From: Dethiobacteria bacterium
GTDB lineage: Bacteria; Bacillota; Dethiobacteria; DTU022; UBA8154
Direction of reading: 5' to 3'
Assembly: GCA_050942615.1 (NCBI GenBank)
Contig: JBMNNQ010000004.1
Span: 1 to 58,389 of the forward strand
DNA: 58,389 nt
In this document: one piece after another, positions 28,645 through 39,260 of the stretch
How positions within the stretch are numbered: position 1 is the first letter of the stretch
Layout: each line of letters opens with the position of its first letter
Program-made: the position numbers and the translations under genes
Notes under the pieces: model-generated
What the model was told of the DNA's origin: nothing
The model's input: the letters and a program-made list of their open reading frames with translations, nothing else
Databases searched by the model: none

Positions 28645-29869
28645 TTTGATACCCCCTGTAACCGAGGTAGGCAGCATTTTTCACCAGGCCGGAACGAACT
28701 GCCAGGCGCAGCAAAAGACGGGTTAAAAAAATAGCCGAAAACATGCTGCAGAGAATACCGGTTAAAAGCACAATGGCAAAGCCCCGCACGGGGCCGCTGG
28801 CCACTAGAAAAAGGACCAGGGCTGCAATAATTGTAGTTATATTGGCGTCCAGAATCGCGCTCCAGGCACGCAGAAAGCCGGCATTGACAGCGCTAAGAAC
28901 TGTTTTACCGGTTCCCAGCTCTTCTTTCACCCGCTCAAAAATAAGGACGTTGGCATCGACAGCCATCCCAATGGAAAGAATTAGGCCGGCAATGCCGGGC
29001 AGGGTCAAAGTAGTCTTAAAAACGGCCAGCACTGAAAAAACCAGCGCAACATAAACAATCAGGCTGATATCGGCCACTAACCCGGCAAAACGGTAGTAAA
29101 AAAGCATGAAAATAATAACAAGGAACAAGCCGATAATACCGGCCCTGGTACTTAACCGGAGGGCGTTTTCTCCCAAAACAGGCCCCACGGAACGGGTTTC
29201 CAGCTCCACTAATTCCACAGGCAGTGCACCGGAACGGAGCATCAAGGCAATGTTGCCGGCCTCTTCTGCGGAGCCAATGCCGGTAATGACAGCCTTACCG
29301 TCTTTGATCACACTCTGTACCTTTGGGGCGGAAACCAGCTCTTCGTCAAGGAAAATAGCAATAATTTCACCCAAATGTTCTTCTGAGGCCCTGGCAAATT
29401 TCTCCTTGCCCGCCGCATCAAATTCCAGGGCCACCTCCGGTTCATTGTACTGCCCGCGCGTAAAAAAGGCTGTTTTCAAATCGGCTCCCGTAAGCAATAC
29501 CTCGCCGGCTGAATTTTTAAAGGTCAAAAGAGCTGTCCGGCCGATGACCTCCATCGCCTGGGTCTGATCTTTCAACCCCGGCAATTCAATTCTGATGCGG
29601 TTTTCCCCTTCGGGCTGCAAAACAGGTTCGCTAACCCCCAACAAGTCAATCCTGTTGCGGATTATGGTCAGGGAACGTTGGATAGCATCCCGATCTGCTT
29701 CGGTATCAGCTGAAGGCTGGGCCTCCAAAAGTACATAGACACCGCCTTCCAAATCGAGCCCCCTTTTCAAAAAACTTTTCCAGTTGTATAAAAAAAATAC
29801 GGAGGCAGTAACCAACAACACAGAAACCAGCACAAAAATAAGGGGGCTTGTCACCTTACGTTTTCTCAA
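28631..29869 (-). CDS. secD: Protein translocase subunit SecD
   Basis: GLDLEGG, RIDLLGVSEP, SGALP, GMAVDANVLIFER, DANITT. Confidence 0.97.
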   Translation of the reverse strand: MRKRKVTSPLIFVLVSVLLVTASVFFLYNWKSFLKRGLDLEGGVYVLLEAQPSADTEADRDAIQRSLTIIRNRIDLLGVSEPVLQPEGENRIRIELPGLKDQTQAMEVIGRTALLTFKNSAGEVLLTGADLKTAFFTRGQYNEPEVALEFDAAGKEKFARASEEHLGEIIAIFLDEELVSAPKVQSVIKDGKAVITGIGSAEEAGNIALMLRSGALPVELVELETRSVGPVLGENALRLSTRAGIIGLFLVIIFMLFYYRFAGLVADISLIVYVALVFSVLAVFKTTLTLPGIAGLILSIGMAVDANVLIFERVKEELGTGKTVLSAVNAGFLRAWSAILDANITTIIAALVLFLVASGPVRGFAIVLLTGILCSMFSAIFLTRLLLRLAVRSGLVKNAAYLGYRGYQNETV

Positions 29870-29906
29870 TTTCCTTCCCTCCTGTCCAAAACCTCAAATC
29901 ACAAAA

Positions 29907-30596
29907 TTATAGCAACTGTATTTCATTAATTACCAGGGCAAAGCAGGCAGAAAGATGATCAGCAGCCCGGCGGCAAAGGATCATGCGGGAAAGAAATATT
30001 TCAAAGTATTCCATCACCCTGCTGATATAGGTATCGATCGTCAGCTGCAGGGTAATAATTTTTTGTTGGGAATCGACATCCAGGTTGGCATCCTGCACAG
30101 CGTAATTAACCCGATCGTGAATGTCAAACCGGGTAAAATCCCTGTTACGGACCCTGGAACGGTGCACATCGGCTTTATCGGCTAAAATTACCGCTGCAGA
30201 AATATTGCTTACAACCTGTCCAAATTCTTCATCGTGGTTACCGATAGCAGAGATAACATCGGCGATTTCTTCGTCATCCATGGACATTTCCTGTAAAATA
30301 CCCATCGCTATTAAAGCACCGGTGGTGTAGTGATGAGTGCGGCCCACCACATTGCCGATATCATGCAGGTAACCGGCAACAGCCGCCAGTTCAGCCTCCC
30401 GGACACTGTAACCAAGATCCAGCAAAATGCGGCGTGCTGTTGTAGCCACCAAATCGGCATGCCGGCGGCCGTGTTCGGTAAAGCCGATGGCCGCCAAGTT
30501 TTCATTGGCCTTGCGTATATAGGTGACCACAGCGGCATTACACCGTACATCCTGTAAAGTTACCAAATTTGGGTTTTGCCTTTTATTTTTATTCAT
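29907..30596 (-). CDS. HD-domain phosphohydrolase
   Basis: FTEHG, YLHDIGN, NHDE, ADKAD, DIHDRVNYA; start ATG 30596. Confidence 0.88.
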   Translation of the reverse strand: MNKNKRQNPNLVTLQDVRCNAAVVTYIRKANENLAAIGFTEHGRRHADLVATTARRILLDLGYSVREAELAAVAGYLHDIGNVVGRTHHYTTGALIAMGILQEMSMDDEEIADVISAIGNHDEEFGQVVSNISAAVILADKADVHRSRVRNRDFTRFDIHDRVNYAVQDANLDVDSQQKIITLQLTIDTYISRVMEYFEIFLSRMILCRRAADHLSACFALVINEIQLL

Positions 30597-30635
30597 TTTA
30601 TTTGCACCCGCAAAAATCAAGATAACCCAAATACA

Positions 30636-30662
30636 CTTCGCCCTGCAGTGTTTTTTTCCTGC
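30636..30662 (-). promoter_or_regulatory. Sigma-H-like promoter upstream of the HD gene and secDF
   Basis: Minus strand GCAGGAAAA-N11-GGCGAAG (one mismatch). Confidence 0.45.
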
Positions 30663-30804
30663 AAAAACCTTTTACATTTTCCCGGGAAAATTTTCTGTAA
30701 AATTTATAAAACAGCCGCTTACAGATCATTTTAACGGCAATCACTTTAAAATCACACCCTCCAATTTAAAAGCTTTACTTTCCTGACCGGGCTGCAAGTA
30801 AATA

Positions 30805-31167
30805 TTATTGCAGCGCATTAAAAGGGAAGGAACGAAAAAAGCAGCTTCTATGCCCGGTATGGCAGGCTGGGCCGTTCGGCTGCACCTTTAACAAAAGGGT
30901 ATCGGCGTCACAATCATAAAAAATTTCTTTTACAACCTGGGTATTACCAGATGTTTCTCCCTTGGTCCAAAGCGTTTTGCGGCTGCGGCTCCAGAAACAG
31001 GCCAGCCCTGTTTTTAGGGTTTTTTGCAGGGATTCCCGGTTCATATAGGCCAACATCAGCACTTCACCGCTGGTATAATCCTGGACGATGGCCGGCAAAA
31101 GTTCATACTTACTAAAGGCCAACTCATCAATTATTGCGGGTATATCCGGTTTATCTTGCGAATTCAT
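30805..31167 (-). CDS. hisI: Phosphoribosyl-AMP cyclohydrolase (monofunctional)
   Basis: [38 protein letters not shown]; no HisE domain. Confidence 0.95.
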   Translation of the reverse strand: MNSQDKPDIPAIIDELAFSKYELLPAIVQDYTSGEVLMLAYMNRESLQKTLKTGLACFWSRSRKTLWTKGETSGNTQVVKEIFYDCDADTLLLKVQPNGPACHTGHRSCFFRSFPFNALQ

Positions 31168-31927
31168 CGGTTAAACGCACCTCCAGACCCTGTTTTCTAA
31201 GATATTTTTTTACATCTTCCACCGAAAACCGGCGGTAATGAAATACAGAGGCGGCCAGCGCGGCAGCGGCCCGGCCTGCAGTTAAAACATCTGCAAAATG
31301 TTCTATCTTCCCTGCACCTCCGGAAGCAATTATCGGTATCTGCACCTTTTCACTGACTGCTTTCGTCAAAGGCAGATCAAAACCATCACGGCCCCCATCG
31401 GCATCCATACTGGTCAGCAGGATTTCCCCGGCACCCAGTTTTTCTGCCTGCACCGCCCAGTCGGCAGCACTTTTTCCCGTAGCCCGGCTGCCGCCATGCG
31501 TATAGACCTCCCAATCCTGTTTTTCCTCTTCCCAGCGGGCGTCAATGGCTACAACGATGCTATTACGGCCAAAAGCCCGGGCAGCGTCAGCAATAAGCGC
31601 CGGATTTTCCACAGCCGGCGTGTTAAGCGAAATTCTTCCGGCCCCGGCCTGAAAGGTTTTTTGCATCTGTTCCAAGGAACGGATACCGCCCCCGACAGCC
31701 AAGGGCATTTTTATTTTACGGGCGGCCCGGCGGACAACTTCCAGGAGGGCCTCCCTGCCCTCTAAAGAAGCCGTAATATCCAGGAAAAAAAGTTCATCTG
31801 CACCGGAGCGATCATAGAAGGCAGCCAGTTCCACCGGATCGCCGGCGTCCTTAAAATCGGTAAATTTTACACCTTTTACCACCCGGCCTGCTTTCACATC
31901 CAAACAGGGGATGATTCTTTTCATCAT
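31151..31927 (-). CDS. hisF: Imidazole glycerol phosphate synthase cyclase subunit
   Basis: [41 protein letters not shown]. Confidence 0.97.
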   Translation of the reverse strand: MMKRIIPCLDVKAGRVVKGVKFTDFKDAGDPVELAAFYDRSGADELFFLDITASLEGREALLEVVRRAARKIKMPLAVGGGIRSLEQMQKTFQAGAGRISLNTPAVENPALIADAARAFGRNSIVVAIDARWEEEKQDWEVYTHGGSRATGKSAADWAVQAEKLGAGEILLTSMDADGGRDGFDLPLTKAVSEKVQIPIIASGGAGKIEHFADVLTAGRAAAALAASVFHYRRFSVEDVKKYLRKQGLEVRLTDEFAR

Positions 31928-31978
31928 TATCGCCCCCTCCTCAACTTTAAAATACAACCAGCAGCGCTTGGCCGCCTA

Positions 31979-32701
31979 TTATTCCAATACTGCGAGGGCC
32001 TCCTTCAAAGAAAAACAGCCGGCGTAGAGGGCCTGTCCGGTAATAACGCTCTCGACCCCAAATTGTGCCAAATCTTTTAATAGACGCAGGTCCTCCAGGG
32101 AGGAGACCCCGCCGGCAGCAATAACCGGAATTTCAAGCGTTGTTGCCATTTCCTTTAAAGCCTCCAGGTTGGGCCCTGCCAGGGTCCCGTCACGGGAAAT
32201 ATCTGTATAAATAATTTCCTGCACTCCGTATCCCTGCATTTCCAGGGCAAAATCCAAGGCTTTTTTTGACGAAGCCTCAACCCAGCCTTTAACCGCAACA
32301 AAGCCGTCCCGGGCATCGATGCCCACCAGAATTTTTTCCCCGTAAAGGGCCACCATTTCTTTTACCAGCTCCGGTTTTTCTACAGCTGCTGTCCCCAAAA
32401 TAACCCTGGAGACACCCAGCTCCAGGGCGTTTTTAATTATTTGGTGATCCCTGATACCGCCGCCTAACTGCAGCGGTATTTCTATATTGGCAGCAATTTT
32501 TTCAATAATGGTTGAATTTACCGGCCTGCCGGCAAAGGCACCGTCAAGATCTATAATATGCAGCCGCTTGGCGCCTGCGGATTGCCATTTTAGCGCGACC
32601 TCTACCGGATTAAGGCTATAGACCGTTTCCTTTTCTCTTTTTCCTTGCAGCAGGCGAACGCATTTTCCTCCATGAAGATCGATGGCCGGTATTACCAACA
32701 A
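31979..32701 (-). CDS. hisA: ProFAR isomerase
   Basis: IPAIDL, CVRLLQG, HIIDLDGA, GGGIR, TDISRDGTLAGPN. Confidence 0.97.
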   Translation of the reverse strand: MLVIPAIDLHGGKCVRLLQGKREKETVYSLNPVEVALKWQSAGAKRLHIIDLDGAFAGRPVNSTIIEKIAANIEIPLQLGGGIRDHQIIKNALELGVSRVILGTAAVEKPELVKEMVALYGEKILVGIDARDGFVAVKGWVEASSKKALDFALEMQGYGVQEIIYTDISRDGTLAGPNLEALKEMATTLEIPVIAAGGVSSLEDLRLLKDLAQFGVESVITGQALYAGCFSLKEALAVLE

Positions 32702-32756
32702 AGTAGATCGTCCTCCTTATTTCGAAGATTTACCAAAAAAAGTGGAGCATCATCTT

Positions 32757-33992
32757 TTATTCCCCTGCAGCAGCAGTTAAAATAAAGTGATCGTGCAGGG
32801 TTTTAATGGCACGCTGCAGATCCTGTTGCCTGATCAGCAACGAAATAGTAATGTTTGAATCCCCGGTTTGCTTGATTTCAATCTGCTGTTCATTCAAGGC
32901 CTGGATGACCCGCGCCATAACGCCGGGCACACTGTGCATGCCTGCCCCGACAACAGAAACCTTGGCACATCCCTTTTCCAAAATATAGGAAACAGCCAGT
33001 TTTTTGAGGATACTTTCCACTTTAAGACAATGTTCTTCTTTAACGGTAAAGGCTTTCATTAAAGGAAAAACTGTAATTAAGTCAATATTTACCCCCGCCG
33101 TGGCAATCTCTTGAAAAACAGCCAGCTCCCCGGCAGGATCGGGGTGTTGCAGCTCAAGCATAAATTGCGCCAAATTTGCATTGTGTGCAATCCCTGTCAC
33201 AGCCTGGCGCCCACGCGTCCCGTAATAATTTCGATCCCCCAGGGAAGACTCCGCGGTGATCAGTGTGCCGCTGCCGGGCGCCTCCAGGCTTTTCACCACT
33301 ACACTGACGTTATTACGCATAGCCACCTCCACCGCCCGGGGATGAATTACCCTGGCCCCTTCATGGGCCAGTTGAAAAACCTCCCCATAGGTTATCTTCT
33401 GAATCAGGCGTGCTTCCTTTAAAATGAGGGGATCTGCCGTCATGATGCCGCAAACATCCGTATAGATTTCCACTTTTTCCGCACCTAAAGCCGCCCCTAG
33501 AATCACCGCTGTAGTATCGCTGCCGCCCCGACCAAAGGTGTTGATTTCGCCGGAGGGATCTGCACCTTGAAAGCCGGCAATCACCGGCACTTCATTATGT
33601 TGCAAAACCTCCCTGATTTTTACCGGCTGGCAGTCAACCACCTCTGCCTCACTGTAGTGCCCATCGGTCAGAAAACCGGCCTGTATACCGGTTAAAGCCC
33701 GGGCGGGAAGCCCTTTATTGCCCAGCACAGCCGCCAACACTGTAGCAGAAATAACCTCCCCACAGGACATGACCAGATCAAGTTCCCGGGGGGAAACATC
33801 AGCATATTCTTGTAAAATGAGGGAACGCAATGTATCAGTGGCGTAGGGTTCACCATTGCGCCCCAGGGCTGAAACCACCAAAACCACATGGAAACCCCCA
33901 TTTTGGGCTTCCTGCACACACCGGGCGATCAGTGCCCTTTTTTCCGGCGTGGAAACCGAGGTCCCCCCATATTTTTGGACCAGTATTTTCAT
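32757..33992 (-). CDS. dapG: Aspartate kinase (DapG type)
   Basis: VQKYGGTS, PYATD, GRGGSDTTA, TDVCGIMTADP, two ACT domains; follows asd. Confidence 0.9.
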   Translation of the reverse strand: MKILVQKYGGTSVSTPEKRALIARCVQEAQNGGFHVVLVVSALGRNGEPYATDTLRSLILQEYADVSPRELDLVMSCGEVISATVLAAVLGNKGLPARALTGIQAGFLTDGHYSEAEVVDCQPVKIREVLQHNEVPVIAGFQGADPSGEINTFGRGGSDTTAVILGAALGAEKVEIYTDVCGIMTADPLILKEARLIQKITYGEVFQLAHEGARVIHPRAVEVAMRNNVSVVVKSLEAPGSGTLITAESSLGDRNYYGTRGRQAVTGIAHNANLAQFMLELQHPDPAGELAVFQEIATAGVNIDLITVFPLMKAFTVKEEHCLKVESILKKLAVSYILEKGCAKVSVVGAGMHSVPGVMARVIQALNEQQIEIKQTGDSNITISLLIRQQDLQRAIKTLHDHFILTAAAGE

Positions 33993-34008
33993 GTTTTTAC
34001 CCCCCAGG

Positions 34009-35037
34009 CTAGATTAGCAGCTCGGCAATCTGGATGGAATTGGTAGCTGCACCCTTGCGGATATTATCAGCAACGACCCATATATTCAGGCCGTAGGGCA
34101 CTGAACGATCGTAACGGATGCGCCCGACAAAAACCTCATCCCGGCCGGCAGTATCCACCGGCATGGGGTATAACAGTGCTGCCGGGTCATCCAACACTTT
34201 AATCCCCGGAAACCCAGCCAACGCCTGGCGGGCGGCCCGGGGGGAAAGCGGCGCCTTCAGCTCTACGTTAACCGCTTCTGAATGGCCGTTAAAGACCGGC
34301 ACGCGCACAGTGGTGGCTGTAATTGGCAGGTCCGGCAGTCCCAGGATCTTGCGTGTTTCCAAAATCATTTTCATTTCTTCTTTGGTGTAATCATCTTCGT
34401 CAAAAACATCGATCTGGGGAACCATGTTAAAGGCAATTTGATAGTGTTTTGCAGCTCCCTGAAAAGGGATTCTTTCCTTGATCACTGCTTGTTCATTTAA
34501 AACAGCAGCACTTTGGGCCGCCAGTTCATCCACCGCCTCAATGCCTGCCCCGGAAACCGATTGGTAGGTGGCTACAACCACCCTTTTTAATCCAGCAGCC
34601 AGATGCAGGGGTTGTAAAGCCACAACCATCTGAGTAGTCGAACAGTTGGGGTTGGCCAGCAGGCCCTTGTGTTTAAAAGCAGCCTCGGGATTAACCTCGG
34701 GAACAATCAGGGGGATCTCCGGATCCAGGCGAAAAACACTGCTGTTGTCGATGACAACAGCGCCCTTTTGCACCGCAGCAGGAGCCAGCCGGCTGCTGAT
34801 TTCCCCACCTGCACTGAAAAATGCAAAGTCGACCCCGGCAAAAGATTCCGGGCGGGCTTCTTCCACAGTATAATCCTTGCCGCCAATTTCAATCTTTTTA
34901 CCGGCGGAACGGGAGGAAGCAAGCAGCTTCCAGCCCCTGACGGGAAATTTACGTTCCTGCAGCACTTCAATGAAGGTCTGGCCGACCATCCCCGTAACAC
35001 CGACGATCGCCACATTGTATCCTGCCATAAACATCAA
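34009..35037 (-). CDS. asd: Aspartate-semialdehyde dehydrogenase
   Basis: GVTGMVG, DNSS, ANPNCST, YQSVSGAG, RVPVFNGHS, DNIRKGAATN. Confidence 0.98.
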   Translation of the reverse strand: MMFMAGYNVAIVGVTGMVGQTFIEVLQERKFPVRGWKLLASSRSAGKKIEIGGKDYTVEEARPESFAGVDFAFFSAGGEISSRLAPAAVQKGAVVIDNSSVFRLDPEIPLIVPEVNPEAAFKHKGLLANPNCSTTQMVVALQPLHLAAGLKRVVVATYQSVSGAGIEAVDELAAQSAAVLNEQAVIKERIPFQGAAKHYQIAFNMVPQIDVFDEDDYTKEEMKMILETRKILGLPDLPITATTVRVPVFNGHSEAVNVELKAPLSPRAARQALAGFPGIKVLDDPAALLYPMPVDTAGRDEVFVGRIRYDRSVPYGLNIWVVADNIRKGAATNSIQIAELLI

Positions 35038-35113
35038 CTCCTTGAAACTTTAATTGCTTGAGATTAACAATATATCATATTAAGGCGGTTAATATGATGC
35101 TACAGTAAAAAAA

Positions 35114-36289
35114 TCAGCTGTACTTTACTGCTTTTTTAAGGCGCCCCATGGCTTCCCGCATTCTTTCTTCGTCAACTGTCAAGGCAATGCGGAAATATCC
35201 CTCCCCGTAACGGCCAAAACCCCGGCCGGGGGTAACTACTATACCTGTTTTATCCAGCAGGTAGGCCACAAATTCCTCTGACGTAAAACCCTGGGGCACC
35301 GGTGCCCAGATATAGAAAGTGGCCTGGGGGGTTTGCAGGGGCCAGCCTGCCTCCCGCAGTGCCTGGAGCACAATATCTCTTCTGTTTTGATATTTTTGGC
35401 GCAATTTATCCAAAAAGGGTTCCATTTGCGGGTTGGTCAGCGCTTCCAGACCGGCATATTGAACAGCTTTAAAAAGACCGGAATCAATATTGGTCTTAAA
35501 ACGGTAGAGGGCCTCCACAGCCGCAGCATTGCCCACCGCATAACCGATCCGCCAACCGGTCATATTAAACGTTTTGGAAAGGGAACCAAACTCCAACCCC
35601 ACATCCTTCCCCCCAGCAGCCTCCAAAAAACTTTTCGGCCGGTAGCCGTCAAAGGCAATTTCACTATAGGCGGCGTCATGGCAAACAAGCAGGTTATTTT
35701 TCCGGGCAAAGGCCGCCACTTTTTCAAAAAACTCCAGGGGAGCAATTGCCCCGGTGGGGTTGTTAGGATAATTCAAAAATAAAAGCTTGGCTCGGGCGGC
35801 TGTTTCAGCAGGGATATTTTCCAGAGCGGGCAGGAAACCGTTTTCCTCCTGCAGGGGCATTGTATGCGAAGTCCCACCGGCAAAAAGAGTCCCAATGCTG
35901 TAGACCGGGTAACCGGGATCGGGCACCAGGTTGATGTCTCCCGGATCGGTAAAACAGAAAGAAATATGGGCAATCCCCTCCTTGGAGCCAATCAAGGGTA
36001 CCACTTCGCTCTGGGGGTCAAGTTCTACGCCATGCCGGCGGCGGTAATAAGCAGCCACGGCCTCTTTAAATTCCCGGACCCCTTCGTCAGGAGGGTAGGA
36101 GTGGTTGGCCGGCTTGGCCACTTCTGCCTGCATACGTTGAATAATATAGGCAGGGGTGGGGGAATCCGGATCACCGATCCCCAATTTAATAACATCAATC
36201 CCTTTTTGCTGAGCCTGCTTAACCTTTTTGTCTATTTCAGCAAATAAGTACCTGGGCAGCAAACGAATGCGTTCCGCAGTATTTTTCAT
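35114..36289 (-). CDS. dapL: LL-diaminopimelate aminotransferase
   Basis: [41 protein letters not shown]; next to dapF and lysA; start ATG 36289. Confidence 0.9.
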   Translation of the reverse strand: MKNTAERIRLLPRYLFAEIDKKVKQAQQKGIDVIKLGIGDPDSPTPAYIIQRMQAEVAKPANHSYPPDEGVREFKEAVAAYYRRRHGVELDPQSEVVPLIGSKEGIAHISFCFTDPGDINLVPDPGYPVYSIGTLFAGGTSHTMPLQEENGFLPALENIPAETAARAKLLFLNYPNNPTGAIAPLEFFEKVAAFARKNNLLVCHDAAYSEIAFDGYRPKSFLEAAGGKDVGLEFGSLSKTFNMTGWRIGYAVGNAAAVEALYRFKTNIDSGLFKAVQYAGLEALTNPQMEPFLDKLRQKYQNRRDIVLQALREAGWPLQTPQATFYIWAPVPQGFTSEEFVAYLLDKTGIVVTPGRGFGRYGEGYFRIALTVDEERMREAMGRLKKAVKYS

Positions 36290-36308
36290 AATTTTGACGC
36301 TGACCTCC

Positions 36309-37154
36309 TTAAAAATCTTGAAGACTGATCCGGCCACTAAAAACCTCTGTAGCCGGCCCTTGCATATATACTTCTTCACCCTGTTTCCAGGATATCTTTA
36401 AAATGCCCCCGGGGAGGTGTACTTCCACCTCGTTGGCCAGGCGCCCGGTTAAAATCCCGGCAGCTGCAGCCGCACAAGCTCCTGTTCCACAGGCCAGTGT
36501 TGGGCCTGCTCCCCTTTCCCAAACCTTCATCTCTATTTTTTGGGGGTTTATAGTTTTTACAAACTCCACATTGGTTCTCTGGGGGAAAAGAGGATCGGTT
36601 TCCAATTTTGCACCCCAGCCCTGCCAGGGAATCCCCTGCAGAGAGGGAACAAAAATTACGCAATGCGGGTTGCCCATGTTTACACCCGTAAAGGTCAGTT
36701 CTGTGTTTCCCACACAGATTTTTTCATTTTCAGCGTGGCGCGGGGGGCCGGCTAAGGGAATTTCCGCGCTACTGAATAACGGCTTGCCCATCGCCACTTT
36801 AACAGCCTTTACAGCTTGTCCCTGTAAAAGCAGGCCAACCTGCTTTACACCGCCTAAGGTTTCAAAGGAAAAAGTCTGTTCCCCGGTAAGACCGCGCTCC
36901 CAAACATATTTAGCCAGGCAGCGGATAGCATTGCCACACATTTCAGCCTCGCTGCCGTCAGCATTAAAAATACGCATTTCAAAAGCAGTCACCCGGGAGG
37001 TATTTAAAAGAACCAGGCCATCGGCTCCAATCCCAAAGTTTCTTTGGCAAAGCCGGGAGGCCAACCCTTGTAAATAAGCAGGCTCCCATTGGCTTTGCAA
37101 GTTATTGACAATAATAAAATCGTTCCCCAACCCGTGCATTTTGACAAATTCCAT
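36309..37154 (-). CDS. dapF: Diaminopimelate epimerase
   Basis: [39 protein letters not shown]; start ATG 37154. Confidence 0.98.
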   Translation of the reverse strand: MEFVKMHGLGNDFIIVNNLQSQWEPAYLQGLASRLCQRNFGIGADGLVLLNTSRVTAFEMRIFNADGSEAEMCGNAIRCLAKYVWERGLTGEQTFSFETLGGVKQVGLLLQGQAVKAVKVAMGKPLFSSAEIPLAGPPRHAENEKICVGNTELTFTGVNMGNPHCVIFVPSLQGIPWQGWGAKLETDPLFPQRTNVEFVKTINPQKIEMKVWERGAGPTLACGTGACAAAAAGILTGRLANEVEVHLPGGILKISWKQGEEVYMQGPATEVFSGRISLQDF

Positions 37155-37188
37155 CGCTATCCCCGCCTTTGCAAACATAAATAAAATG

Positions 37189-38484
37189 TTAACCCTGGTG
37201 CAAAGCAATCAGATCTGCGTATGTTTCCCGGCGCACAACAAGGCGGCTTTGACCGTTACGGACAAAAACCACGGCCGGCCGGGGATGACAGTTGTAATTG
37301 CTGGCCAGGGCATAACAATAGGCACCGGTACTTAAAACAGCAAGCAGATCCTCTTTTTCCACCGGAGGCAGATTAATGTGTTCAATAAGCAGATCTCCTG
37401 ATTCACAGGCTTTGCCGGCCACCGTCACTTTTTGGGTTGCTTCCCGGCCGGCCTTGTTGGCCAGCACGGCTGCATACCGGGCCTGGTAAAGGGCCGGGCG
37501 GATGTTATCCATCATGCCGCCATCCACAGTAACATAACGCCTGATACCCGGCAGATCTTTGATAACCCCCACCCGGTAAAGGGTAAGGCCCGCTTCACCG
37601 ACAATTGAACGACCCGGCTCCAGCAGCAGCGCCGGCAAAGGATAGCCTTCCTTTGCAGCAGCCTCTTTTACTGCCCGGGTAACTACCTGGACAAAGGTTT
37701 CAATAGAGGGAGGGTTGTCCACCTGCAAATAGCGGATACCCAGGCCCCCGCCCATATCCAGTTCGCAGGCAACAAAGCCGGTTTCTTTTTTTACTGCCGA
37801 CATTAAATGCAGCATCGAGCGGGCTGCCAGGGCAAAGGACTCCAATTGAAAAATCTGGGAGCCGATATGACAGTGAAAGCCCTTCAGTTCTAGAAAAGGT
37901 GCGGCATTGAGAGCTGTGCGCACTGCCTGCAGGATTTCGGTAAATCCCAGCCCAAATTTGGAATCGTCCTGTCCGGTTTGAATATAATCGTGGGTATGAG
38001 CCTCTATACCAGGCTTGAACCTTAACAAAACTGCTGTTTTCTGCTGTTGGGACTGCGCCAGTACACACAACTCCTGCAGTTCAGCCAGGCTGTCAACCAC
38101 GATTCTGCCTACCCCGGCCCGGAGAGCCTCCTGCAGTTCCACCCCGGATTTATTGTTACCATGAAAATAAATATCTTTGGCCGGAAAACCTGCTTTTAAA
38201 GCAAGATACAGTTCTCCACCGGAAACAACGTCCAGGCCCATTCCCGCTTCTTTAATCAGTTCAGCCATGGCCAAGGTTAAAAAGGCTTTGCCGGCATAGA
38301 GAACCCTGCCGCGGGGATAACACAGCTGTAAAGCTTGACGGTAACGACGGCAATTTTCCCTGATGAACCCTTCGTCCATCACATAGAGGGGTGTTCCGTA
38401 TTCGGCAGCCAAGTCTACGGTATCACACCCGCCTATTTCCAGGTGTTGTTTACTGTTTATTTGTAAGTTTCCACTGTAAATCAC
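37189..38484 (-). CDS. lysA: Diaminopimelate decarboxylase
   Basis: YGTPLY, YAGKAF (PLP Lys), SGGEL, HCHIGSQ, EPGRS, CESGD, GAY. Confidence 0.97.
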   Translation of the reverse strand: MIYSGNLQINSKQHLEIGGCDTVDLAAEYGTPLYVMDEGFIRENCRRYRQALQLCYPRGRVLYAGKAFLTLAMAELIKEAGMGLDVVSGGELYLALKAGFPAKDIYFHGNNKSGVELQEALRAGVGRIVVDSLAELQELCVLAQSQQQKTAVLLRFKPGIEAHTHDYIQTGQDDSKFGLGFTEILQAVRTALNAAPFLELKGFHCHIGSQIFQLESFALAARSMLHLMSAVKKETGFVACELDMGGGLGIRYLQVDNPPSIETFVQVVTRAVKEAAAKEGYPLPALLLEPGRSIVGEAGLTLYRVGVIKDLPGIRRYVTVDGGMMDNIRPALYQARYAAVLANKAGREATQKVTVAGKACESGDLLIEHINLPPVEKEDLLAVLSTGAYCYALASNYNCHPRPAVVFVRNGQSRLVVRRETYADLIALHQG

Positions 38485-38508
38485 CTTAAAGCCTCCCCGA
38501 GAAAAAGT

Positions 38509-38544
38509 AAAAAACGACTAACAGGTTTATACCGCCAGCCGTTT
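38509..38544 (-). terminator. Expression-platform terminator of the lysine riboswitch
   Basis: Minus strand AACGGCTGGCGG/CTGTTAGTCGTT stem (GU-rich) followed by a U-run, between the aptamer and lysA. Confidence 0.7.
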
Positions 38545-38578
38545 GTAAAAACAGCCCCGCAAACCTCTCCGGCCCTGC

Positions 38579-38762
38579 GTGAGATAGCACTCCACCGGCA
38601 AAAAGGGCTTATTTTACCGGTGACAGTCCGCCAGTTATTCACTGGTGGACCAGCTTTTAGCCTTGGGGCAACTAAAAACTTCGGCGGCGGAACCTTTCTA
38701 CACAGTTCATCAAACCCCACTTTCCCTGTGTATATTCATTTCCTGCCGCACCTCTACCTCAC
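38579..38762 (-). promoter_or_regulatory. Lysine riboswitch (L-box)
   Basis: Minus strand GTGAGGTAGAGGTGCG...GAAAGG...GCCGAA...TGG...GAATA...GACTGTCA...GGAGTGCTATCTCAC; P1 closes; upstream of lysA. Confidence 0.95.
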
Positions 38763-38810
38763 CCCGGGTTAAGAGATGAGGCAAATATATAATTAACTCT
38801 TTACCAGCGG

Positions 38811-39260
38811 CTATTCACTTTTACCGACAACTGCAGTTATAACCGCTTTGAAACGTTTGCCGGCCTGGAATTTTTTTTCCTGTCCTCTTAAAATTAAAAA
38901 AACAAAAACCATGGCCGTCAATCCCAGGGCCAGCCCTCCCAAATCCGGACTGATCTGCAACCCCAGGCTGATAGCTAAACTTCTGCCGGCAAAAAGACCT
39001 GCCAGCAAAGCCAGGACCGGCAGGATATAAAGAAGAAATGCAGCATAAAGTATTTCCTGCGATCGCGTTTCCAGGCGGACTACTTCCCCTTTTTGGGCGC
39101 CAACGGGGTTTATTACCTCTACCAGCAGGTGTCCTTTTTCTGCCGGATCACCGAAAAAACCCACGCAAGCGCCACAGCCGGCACAGGAAGAATGTTGGTG
39201 CACCCTGACCAGCGCCCTGTTATTTTCTACAAGCTCCATAACCAGCCCCAATTGTTCCAT
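38811..39260 (-). CDS. rseC: RseC/MucC (RnfF-like) family membrane protein
   Basis: SSCAGCGAC, NPVGAQKGEVV, AAFLLYILP, two TM helices; start ATG 39260. Confidence 0.85.
   Translation of the reverse strand: MEQLGLVMELVENNRALVRVHQHSSCAGCGACVGFFGDPAEKGHLLVEVINPVGAQKGEVVRLETRSQEILYAAFLLYILPVLALLAGLFAGRSLAISLGLQISPDLGGLALGLTAMVFVFLILRGQEKKFQAGKRFKAVITAVVGKSE

Noticed and set aside
38481-38720. 79-aa ORF upstream of lysA
   Set aside because: Lies inside the lysine riboswitch and its terminator
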